DNA of 64,000 nucleotides. It comes from Setoptus koraiensis (taxonomy: Eukaryota; Animalia; Arthropoda). Under the pieces are notes generated by a model. The model did no database searches, was not told the origin of the DNA, and worked only from the letters and a program-made list of their open reading frames with translations. Both the position numbers and the translations under genes were made by a program. Of the stretch, positions 1 through 10,645 are shown piece after piece. The DNA lies in assembly GCA_048013815.1 (NCBI GenBank), contig CM106586.1, forward strand, positions 23,560,001-23,624,000, written 5' to 3'. Position 1 is the first letter of the stretch. Every line of letters starts with the position of its first letter.

Positions 1-2323
1 GGTCGCCAGCGTTGCATTCTGAAAATCTTATTCTGATTCGCAAAATTCTCAATGTTGAGCGCCGAACAGGCACTGATTTCGGATTTCGAATTTCGAATTT
101 TAGATTTCGGAACTCGGACTTGTGACGAGCAACAGCCGGTGGCCTCCGTTTGTTTTGTCAGAATTGTATTGTCAATCCGCCATCACGACATACCGTGGCC
201 GTATCAGCTGATCAGCTGATTGTCATCTATTGGTCGGGTCAGTGTGTGGGTCAGTGAGTGACCAGGTAACGGGGAAAAATAGATGGAACGGGCGCACCCA
301 AATCTGTGCGCGGCTCAATCTGTTTGCCCTTGAGGTGTTTGCAATTAGTTGCTGGTCAGGTTTTTGTTTGATCCAGTTCAAAGCACCAAAGTCAACACAC
401 AGCCAAAGGGTCATCGAACCAGAACCGAAACGATAAAAGTGGCCACGAGACGAGTGTACGGTGGCGATAAAAAGATTTGCACACAGGTATACAAAAAGAG
501 GGCAACATGACAATAATAAATTAATTTGCCGTGCCGTGTCAAGTTCAAAATCAAATCACCAGATCATTGGCGCGATTGGGAGGCCGGGATCGGCGCCGCC
601 GGCACCACCGGCCGCGCCAGCAGCGACACTGTGTCCACATTGACACCAGATTTGCCGGGTTTACTGTTGCCCGCTTTTCTGGCCGCTCTCTGGCGCTTCT
701 CCGGCCAGCTCCGTGGGCCAGTTCCGTGGGCCGGTTTCGCGGGCCAGTTTCGCGGGCCAGCTCCGTGCGCGCCAGAGAAGCCCGGCCCGCACAGAACTGA
801 CATTGATGACGGTATTGTGGCAGCGTTACCGTTACATAACGGTTATATGGGGCCTATAAAGTGGCCACCAATAATAGCGCCCGCATTCGTTGGCATCACA
901 ATCAATTGTTGATGATTCCAGTTCAGCTCCATTCAATCTAATTCTAGCGCAACGGCATCGCGTTGCAATTATTATATTATAGGACACATATGTGATGTAA
1001 CAATTGTGATTCAATCAATTGTGATAATATGATGCAATTATATCAATTATACTCATGGCTGAGAGCTGTGTGTGAGCGCGTGTTGCGTTGTGAGTCAGAT
1101 GAGTCATGACAGCGATGACGCAAGCAGCTAAACTAGCAGCGCGTGTTTGCAGCCAAACTTTTTGGCATAAAACTTGGAATTATCGCATTGTCGAACGATT
1201 ACGATTAAATCCAATTACCAGCCTTACGTCACAGAACAATGCAAAGGGCATTATCATGTTATCATTAAGTTGATTGGCATTGACAGAGTTCGTATATTGA
1301 AAGCACTGAGTTTAATTAAACTGAACGATCAATTGCGTTCAATTGTGTGCGCCCGAACGAATCTGTCCGTTCAATTGTATTAATATCTGCCTGTTCAATT
1401 GTGTTCATTTGTATTGTGGGGCGACCTGTGGATAACTTCACTTTCTTCACTTGCTTGTCAGCGACGACAACCAATGACTGATTGCAATAAACACAACCTG
1501 TATTATGCAAGGCCGAGCGGGCAGAATGATATTTCACAAAAATTTGTTGTTCGTATCGTTTCGTCGACGACGCCGATGCAACAAGCTACATGAGCGATTG
1601 TTTTTGATGGCGAGCCGTTTGTGCAAGATCGAGTTTGTCATACATAAATAATTACATTGCTAACAATAATACGCAAACTATTAATTTCAAGTGGGATCAT
1701 GCCATTGACAGTGGCGTACACGCGCAACATGAGGCGAATACGCGTAAAAGAATGACGAAGAAAAGTCTGGCTGGTTCGCGAAATGCACCGCACGCTGATT
1801 GAAATAAATTCAAAAATTCAGCTTTTGCGAACGAGTCTTTTCGCTGGCTGGCTGGCAAAGGCGCAATCGCGCCCGAGATGCAAGCATACGCAGTGGCAGT
1901 GTGCGGTGCAATATGCGATAGTGTAAAGTTATTTATCAAGAGAGTTATTTAGGTTATTTAAGAAGGTCGTAAACGAGACAGACACGATATTAATTATCGC
2001 GGTAATCGTAAAAATTTATCCGCGCACATGTAGGCCGGCGATCAAGTGGCACAGCGGTGCCGTCGTTGGCAGTCGACGATGCTCATGTGTGTATTGGTAT
2101 ATATCCGATTATATCGGCTGCGCCTGGGATTGGAATTGGGATCGGGATTGGGATTGGGACTAAATTGAACTTGTTGTGAGCTTGTGTGAATGAGCCATTT
2201 CAATACCATTTCCGCTTGCTCGTTTCTGCGACACAGACGCTCTGTCAGAGAGCAACCAGATACGCACGAACGTGACATGACAATCATTTTTGCGTAGACG
2301 TTTCTCAGACGAAGGCAGCCGCG

Positions 2324-2719
2324 CCAGAGAGCAGCCAGCAGCGAGATAAACACATTGGCAGACACATTGGCGATAACGCAAACACGAAAATATAATGTTG
2401 TTGTCCGTCTTGTTACGTACATGTCTTACGTAAGGCACAAACAGCGCACTATCGAGTGCACAATTTTACACTTTCCTCAAACGCGAAACGCCACAAACAA
2501 ATCGACAAACAACCAAACAGCAGCAGACACAGTAGACATAAAGCGAGGCCTTCCTCTTTTTACGACAATTCATTCTCACCAAAAAGTAGCCAGAAAAATG
2601 CGCCATCCAAGCGACTTTTGCGAGCGCAGATAAAATTTATCTTTTGTCTATTTATTCTCATTTAGCCGCGCTCGAAGCCATTAAAGGCCGACACTAGCTG
2701 CTAATCAATGTCACAGCCA
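2324..2719 (+). repeat. Diverged direct repeat X, copy A (partner 8641-9119)
   Basis: Collinear shared blocks, e.g. CAGACACATTGGCGA, GAAAATATAATGTTGTTGTCCG, AGTGCACAATTTTACACTTTCCTCAAAC, CTCTTTTTACGACAATTCA, TTTATCTTTTGTCT, GCTAAyCAATGTCACA. Confidence 0.85.
2651..2656 (-). terminator. Candidate polyadenylation signal AATAAA of the Hox gene
   Basis: TTTATT on + strand, 240 nt past the minus-strand stop codon. Confidence 0.4.
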
Positions 2720-2895
2720 ATGTTTCATGCCATCGGCAACAGGAGCACATGTCGCGATTCGCGCCCGAATGGCGTGTACGGGTACACGGATAGTTTGAGC
2801 TGGAATTTTGGACTTTTTCAGTGTTTGCTTCTCACTTTTCGGCAGCCTTGACGCGACAGAATATTCCTAGAAAATAGAGCACTGTACACTCACCA

Positions 2896-3640
2896 TTATC
2901 GCTGCTTGTGGTTGCCGTGATGGTGCTGAGACGATCTAACCAAGGTGCCGTGTTGTTGTTGTTGTTGTTGCTGTTGCGAGGACGACGACGATGTTGTCCT
3001 GTTGGCGTTTGCCGACGACGACGTTGTTGTGGTTGGCGCTGTTGTGGTCGTTGACGACGATGATTGATTTGTTGTTGTTCTCTCTTGTTCGTTTAGATCT
3101 TTCACAGTTTGATCTTCTTTCTTTTTTTTCATGCGCCGATTTTGGAACCAAATCTTAATTTGGCGTTCGCTCAATGTGAGCGTATGCGCCAATTCAATCC
3201 TTCTTCTTCTTGTCAAATATGCGTTCATTCTGAACTCTTTCTCTAACTCGAGCGTCTGAAAACGGGTATAAGTTTGCCTGCCGCGCCTCCTAACGGTGGC
3301 ACCAGTCAAATAGGGAGGTAATGTTCCATTGATCATCCACGGATAAGCCGATTGATAGCAAGCTGCGTGATGCAATGCAGCGGCTTGTTGCGCAACACTA
3401 GAATGATGCTGTTGGGCCTCTTGATATTGTCTGGCGACGGCCACGTTGACAGCGTTGGCGACATTAATGGAGCTGGGCGAATTGACGGCAACGGCGGCCG
3501 CCGCGGCCGCACTGACCGCCGCCGCCTGGTGGTGATGATTATAGGCCCCAACGTTGTGCTGATGATGAGATTGCTGTTGCATGGAGGCGGCATGATGCTG
3601 TTGTTGCTGTTGGTGGTTGGCTCTGTGATGCTGTTGCTGT

Positions 3641-3675
<35 letters not shown>

Positions 3676-4443
3676 TAGGTGGTGATGCGGTTGTTGTTGG
3701 TGGTGCTGTTGGTAGTGTTGATGCTGGTGCTGCTGCTGCTGCTGTAGCTGTAGGTGGTGGTGGTGCTGTTGCTGTGTCAGACTGGCCGACTGACCGGACG
3801 TTGCTGACGCGTCTGACGACAGTGTGCTGTTGTGTCGATGCGGCTGTTGTTGTTGCACTGTTGGCGACACATTGTTGCGCACTGACGGTTTGCTGATGTG
3901 TACCTGTGGTTGTGGTTGCTGTTGTTGTTGTGGCTGTTGTTGTTGTGGCTGTTGTTGGGTGAATTGCTCTTGGTGCAGCTGCTCGAGCTGCTGCTGTTGT
4001 TGCAGGTGATGCTGGTGGTGCAATTGATTTGCTTGTTGGTGGTGGTGCTGTAATTGCTGCTGGTCATTGGTGCCACTGTTGTTGAGCTGCTGCGACATGT
4101 GCTGCTCGATTTGTTGCTCATAATTGAGCTGCTGATTGAGGTGAAGTTGTGACAGATTATCCGGCGTGATATTATTTTGTGTCAATGTGGGCGTCGATTG
4201 GGGACTCAATAAGCTCGCTGACTGACTCTCTGCCGACTGGTGATAGTGACCGTGTGTGACAGGTACATTTGTGACGGGAATAGCCGAGTGATGATTGAAA
4301 TTATTGTGATTGTTATTATAGTTGGCCCTAGATTGAGTGGCGGCCGCCACTGTGGCTGCCACTGTCATTGCTGATTGCTCATTGTGCGACACAATAGCAT
4401 GATTGTACGATAGATAATCTGTGCCGGCCTCAGTGATATTCAT
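2896..4443 (-). CDS. Ubx: Central-class Hox protein, Ultrabithorax-like (Ubx/abd-A class), single coding exon, 515 aa
   Basis: YPWM hexapeptide (3334-3345). Homeodomain [60 protein letters not shown] (3291->3112) is followed directly by a UbdA-like peptide [11 protein letters not shown]. The RRRGRQ arm plus UbdA restricts it to Ubx/abd-A. Hox identity is certain; Ubx versus abd-A is less so (~0.7), and the start codon is unverified. Confidence 0.9.
3590..4075 (-). repeat. Coding CAG/CAA/CAY trinucleotide tracts (polyQ/His region of the Hox protein)
   Basis: Long (TTG/CTG/GTG)n runs on the + strand translate to Q/H homopolymers in the Hox ORF. Confidence 0.9.
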
Positions 4444-7400
4444 CTTTCGCTCATTATCGTAATTTATTATCGTATTATTATAATTAATTATGGTGCTATT
4501 ATGATTAATTATCGGCGCACTCGACTCGCACTTGTTTGCTGACTTTGTGTGTGATGAATGTATTTGAATATTTCAGGATATTTATTTGTTTTCTTGATTG
4601 GTTGCTCGACTTGAGCGCGAGAGGTCGCTCATGCTGCTCTCATTTGCACGTGTAAAGCCAGCTCAATTTGTTTAAGTTGCTCAAATTTGATGTTCGTCGA
4701 GTATTCCGTCGCCAAGCGAATTTCCGATTTCATCTTCGGACAAACTTTCAACTATTCTTGCTGTGAAGTTGTCAAAGTAACACTGCCCACTCACTCTAGT
4801 GACTAAAATTTGGTCCAACTCAAGCCGTTTCAACTCAACTGGACTCAATTCCGGCCACTACACTACCTATAACCGAAAGAGTTTGAGCCGAGCGCCTTGA
4901 GCGCCATCTGGCCGAAGTGACGGTGACTAGGTTAGTGTCATTTGTCAGTATATCACCACAATGTACATCGCACCATCTATGCAACACGATAACCCGTTGA
5001 TGACGACAGTTATAACCGACCATGGGCAGACAAAATCATATGTGATATGGATGTGATCATTATCATATAATTGCTACCACATTTGCTGCTTCTTTGTTGT
5101 TGCAATTTTCAAGAAAACAGTCGCGCTCTCGTGATACACAATTATAGATATTTGTTTATATCAATCACTCGAACTCACGAAATACGTTTTTTTTTCACCG
5201 CGAATAGCGGGAGCCAGAGAAAGCAGAAAATAATTGCATTCACGATGCTCTCTGGCCAACAACAAACACGATGCATCCGGCGTTGGCTAGGTGATCGTTG
5301 CGCTTTCTATCGGTGCGATCGATTCTTATTGTGGGCACCAATCTCCATGTTGCCGGTCTGCTGTCATCTGTCCCTCAAAAGTTTTGAGTCGAAACTCTCT
5401 GCGAGTGTTATAATTATTGCTCCGAGTCGAGCTCCTCTGAGAAATGTTTGTCAAGACTTTTGCATCAACCAAGATTTTTCACGATTTAAAACTAAAGTGC
5501 ATGTGAATCACATTGCAATAGGTGGGACGCATCTTGAGCCTTTCGTAATAGTGACGCAAGCAGATCGCCAACTCTCGACCATCAAAGGCCGACCTGTCAT
5601 GGTCGCTTGTCATTTGGGCTCAATCAATTCGATATTGCGCAGTCGACTCATTAGATGTTGGACTTATTTAGAAGGTCGACCACTCTCACAAAGTGATGTA
5701 ATCAGTGATTACTAATCAAAATTGACTCAAATTCGTATGCTATGCACGAGCGAGATTTATTTCACCATGCAGTAGCTACTCAATACTCAATGCCCAATTG
5801 GCTTTATCGTATCATCATAATTATTCGACTCTCTGAGGCTCTCGGTCGAGCTCAAAATAAGTCCAATTCGGACTTTATGAATTTCAATTATACGAGCCAG
5901 ACCTCTCAGAGGGTCGAGTCCTCAATAGTGGGCCTTTCGGGCCCTAACCCATTCCCTGTACGTGCCACATATAGGGTCACTTTGTTGTGTCGGACGACTC
6001 GTGACTGTTATAGGTCACTAATGTTGTTCAATTGTTATTATACTCCCTGTGTATGTGCGTGTGACTTGCATCAGCATCTCGCGTTTACCATCGGCTAGCA
6101 TCAGCTAGTTTTTGGCATCCAATTTGAGTTAGTCTGTTGGTCTGTCTGAGTTGAGTTGAGTTGAAATTTATTTATCTCACTAGTTTGTATGCTGCGCTGT
6201 CAGTGAGTTTGCTAAACTCAATTTAATTTATGTGCCCAGAGTAGCCGCTGTTGTTGTCGTTGTTGCTGCTGTTGCTGCTGTCGTTGCTGTTGTTGTTGCT
6301 GCTGTTGTTGGCGTCGTCGTTGTTATGTAAGCAGCGAACGAAGCAAGAGAGCAAATAATCGCACTTCTTCGCTCGGATCTTCGCTCGGCTCTCACACAGT
6401 CAGCGCCAGCCATACATTGGGCAAACAAGTTGCCTTGTAATTCTTTTTCGCTCGCATTGGTCCGCTTCGAAGCATCACGATCGAACACACACGCAACTCG
6501 AGCCACCTTCTTGTGGCATTCGCGAAGCTCTTTTGGAGCCGGCACCAATTCCAACCGATCGCTCCATCATCACCGAATCGATCCATCCACGATGACAGCA
6601 GCGTCCTGTAGGGGGCGCTCACTGACGACCAAATCGACCGCCAGGTGCGTGAAAGTGAGTGTGCACATTGACAACTGGGCGCAATGAGACCTCACCTCAG
6701 CACAAAATCAAATGATGTCCTCCGGCTGTAAAGACCAATAAAAAACAATTTACGATCACACTCACACACAATGAGCGATCAGTCAGTGTGTAAAACGGCC
6801 TTCGAGTGTCATTGGCGGTTTTACAAACAGCTGACTGGACTGACCGACTGACTGACCGTTATATCGGTATATATCAAATCGATTATAACTGATAACTGGC
6901 CCATCTATAGATAATGCATCTATAGATATGCCACATAACATGTGTGACTTGGGGCGACCAGAGCCAAGCAACGACAATTAACAGATTGACGGTCGAGATT
7001 GGTTGGTTGGTCAACTGTGCGCGTCGGATGTCACTTGTAAAGTATGATAATAGTTGCGATGAACGCCATCACCGTGCCACCACCGATGCCACAATGACGC
7101 CCGCCAAGTTGACTGTCTTGATTAATTGTTGAGTGCTCGATATTCGGCAAATATGCGCTTAATACGGCCGTTGCGACATGGCCGCGGAGGGCGCAATTTC
7201 CAGCAGTTAGGCGCTCACCGTTGTGCTGTGTCTCATCGAATGTCAAATATCCGAGCTGACAATTGTGAGATGGACGTGAGTGGCGACATAAGCGCCAGTG
7301 TGCGGCCGGGCCAAAAAGTTTGTGTGTGCGTGCGTGTGTGTGTGTGTGTGAAAGTGATATGCAAAGAACGCGAATTGGAACGGAACTCGAGCCAACTGGG

Positions 7401-8640
7401 CAAACTAAATGATATCCTCGGGGTGCATAAATGCAATAAAAGACAATTTACGCTGACAATTATGGTGACAATGACCGATTTGCCAGTCAAATCGACTGGA
7501 GCAGCAGCGTTGAGCGGCGTTGCGACGTTCGCTTGGCTTCGATACACACTGGCCACAAATGCGAGCGCGCCCGACGCATTCGTTTGGGTTGTGCATTTTC
7601 GAATTCGAATTCGTTTTCGAACTCGAACTCGAACTGGAGAACGAATTCGAAAATGTCGAAACCCAAAATAGAACGCACTGCTGTCACAGTCGCTGTGAAC
7701 GAGAGGGCAGAAATTGACTTTGCAAAATTGTTGTGCCGTGAAATGTGCACTGGAAAAAAGTGCATTCTACCACCACTACTGTTCGCTGTGGCCCTAGCTG
7801 CCCACAGGACCTATAAAAGGTTCTTTGGGTCGCTTGTTTGTGCCGTCACTGACAAGCTCCCACCTGGGGCGCGCCTTCTGACCCTATATGGGGCTAATCT
7901 CGTCCCCATTTGTGCCTGATATTGTTGGCCGAGTGCATGCTGTTGTTGCGAGCTGTGTCAGCTGTTTGCAGCTGGCCGAAATGCGATTGCGATCGAGATG
8001 GGCGAAATTGTCGCCGCAATTTCGCCCAGATAGAGCACGGACGGACACGGGCGAGCAAGACGACAAAACAACAATCAGTTGCAGCGTACAAAGGAACGAA
8101 GAAAAACAAGCCAAAGAAACAACTTGCTTCATTGTTTATCTGGCAGCTAAGTTTTTGCCAGCGGCCAACAAATGCGGCCATCGCAACACTAAATCAGCCA
8201 CCAACCACCAAGCAGCTGATTGAGTGAGCGTGCTGGTGAGGCTAAATTATAACAGATTCCATTGGTGGCTCGCTAGTGACGTAATGAACGTTTTGTTCAT
8301 TGTTAGCGCCAAATTATTTTACGATTTGTGTTTGTTGTGGTGCTAAATCGCGCCTCTTGATACTTATGGCGAACGCACAAGTGAACTGGCCATCTCTCTC
8401 TCACACACACACACATTGGGCATTGTAAAGTTGGCGCAAGTGTGAACTCTCGAGATAATAAGTGTAACGTAAAATATAAAGTAATAGTGTAGTTGTTAAA
8501 GAAACACCACGGCTTCGCGCCATGGTGGTTGCTTGGACAAAAAGAGATAAAAATTTTGCAATAAAAACAGTGGCAACTGTAGCGATCATCATAATTACCA
8601 TTCAGTCCATCTACATACACTCGACGAGAAGACACACATC

Positions 8641-9119
8641 GACAGAGCAGAGGGAGAAACATAAACGGCATGGCCAGACACATTGGCGAGAACACAAACA
8701 TGAAAATATAATGTTGTTGTCCGCCGTCTTACTTCTATGTTCCCGTGGCTGTGTAAGCCCCGAACAACGTACGCGATTTGCCATCGGCATGCTGTCGGGT
8801 ATAGCAAACACTCATAGTGCACAATTTTACACTTTCCTCAAACTCAACACGCCAACAAACAAATCAACAAACAACCAAACAACAACGCAGCAAACAGCAA
8901 CCGACGTAGACATAAACAGATAGATACAAACGCGATGCTCTTTTTACGACAATTCACTCTCACCAGAGAACGGCCCGCAAAACGCAAGCCACTTCGAACC
9001 GCCGACTTTGCTTATGTAAGCGAGCAGCCAGCAGTTTTATCTTTTGTCTGTTTGTTCTCATTTAACCGCTTTAGCCATTAAACCGGCAACACTGGCAGCT
9101 AACCAATGTCACATTGCCC
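8641..9119 (+). repeat. Diverged direct repeat X, copy B (partner 2324-2719)
   Basis: Same blocks as copy A in the same order and orientation, with indels. Confidence 0.85.
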
Positions 9120-10645
9120 GTCTCGTGCACCGACGACAGCAACAGCAACAACGACAAGCGAGCACAACAAGAAATCTCGAGAAATCTCCGGCTTTCAGTT
9201 TCAATTTGCAAGCTGCGAGTCGACTCACGTGAGCACGGTCGGTTGTTGCCGACTGATCTAATCGATCAGATGAGATGCAGTTGAATTTGTGTTTGAATTC
9301 GTATTTGAATTTGTATTTGGAATTGTAGTGTTTGCCACTTTCGATTGCTGACCAATGATTTATCCGAGGAGCGAAAATATTGTACTTGTGCGTCGAGTTG
9401 CGCCCTTTTTTCACATTTTCATTTGTTTGCTTTGCTGTTTTTTCGTTTGACTCAATTCTGGTCTCTCGATTCTATCGTCGATTGTCCGGCCACCCGATGA
9501 AATGGTGCGATTTGTGGCAAATTTGATGCGCGAAATCACCTTAATCACCTGAGTTAGCCTCAAGGTGAGATCAGAGCGGTATCGACGGATCAATTGGGCG
9601 CACCCACACAAGTGTATCAGACTAAAGAGTAATTGCCTTTTCTAGTCTGACATTCAAGGGTCATCGAACCAAATTAGACCAGGCAGCAGCCGATAAAGAA
9701 GCAAGGTGCAGGTATAAGCGGCGCTCTTTCTTGTGTCCCCAACAAAAAGGTAAGTTGGGCGCGTGATTTTTGCATAAAATTCTTGAAAGGGTTTTCAAAG
9801 GCATACGTGATACAAGTGCGCTGATTGGGTGAGTAAACAGTAACCAGTTTTGTTGGTTGGCTTTTTCCATGGTACAATTATTTGAGACACAATTCGGTGT
9901 TCGCACGAACACATCGCGAGAGACATCTCTCGCCCATTCCAACAACCACAAAGAGAGCGAGACTTTTCACGCAGTGATAGTGAAAAGCGTATCACAGTGC
10001 TTGTTGTTATTTTGTTAGTTTTTCGTGGAAAGTTTCTCCTACAGGGCCCATCCCCACGAGATTTGCTCAGACTCAGAGAGATTCTGTCAGACACAACCTG
10101 CCTTGAGATACGAGTAGTGTTCCGGTAGCAACTCAATGCTTTAAACCGCTTTCTGGCGTTTCTTCCATCAGGCAGAAACGGCCTGAATGGATTATACTCT
10201 GGCAGAGAGTTTCTTTGGCTTAAACCACGAGTATAAACCATTCCTACCGGAACGCTAGACACGAGTATCATACTCGGAGTATGATTTGAGGACGGGTCGA
10301 GGTCCAATCATATTGCACCGGCTCAACGCCTCTCTCCGTATCACTGTGGGCGAGACTATGAAAAAATCCGCAAGAGCGGCGCTCTACTCCATCACAGATT
10401 CGCGTGTCAGCACAGGTTAGCTCACAATGATGCGCGTGCTAACAAAAGAGAAAAACAAACTCGAGCCGGTTCGCATCTTGGATGCAACGATACACTGCTG
10501 AAGAAACAATTCAATTCAATCATCCTCTATTATTGCATATATGTCCATACTCTTGTCCATTTATTATATAACCAATTGGGATCCTATTAGGTGGAGAATA
10601 ATTCACGAACACTTGTAAACAAGATACCGATTGAGAAGCAACAAG

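Noticed and set aside
2896-4443. Hox gene as a processed retropseudogene
   Set aside because: The 515-codon ORF is intact with DNA-contacting residues conserved, and there is no poly(A) remnant or short target-site duplication.
5071-5715. 214-aa + strand ORF upstream of the Hox gene
   Set aside because: TTG start, no recognisable motif and no supporting splice pattern.
7598-7660. TTCGAA-rich run as a heat-shock element
   Set aside because: Spacing does not fit the alternating nGAAn 5-bp units. It is a simple 6-mer repeat.
9795-10307. 170-aa minus-strand ORF with a faint GIY-YIG-like phrase (GMVY...GRNARKRF)
   Set aside because: No YIG motif, spacing is wrong, and no coherent spliced model could be built. 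The region stays unexplained.
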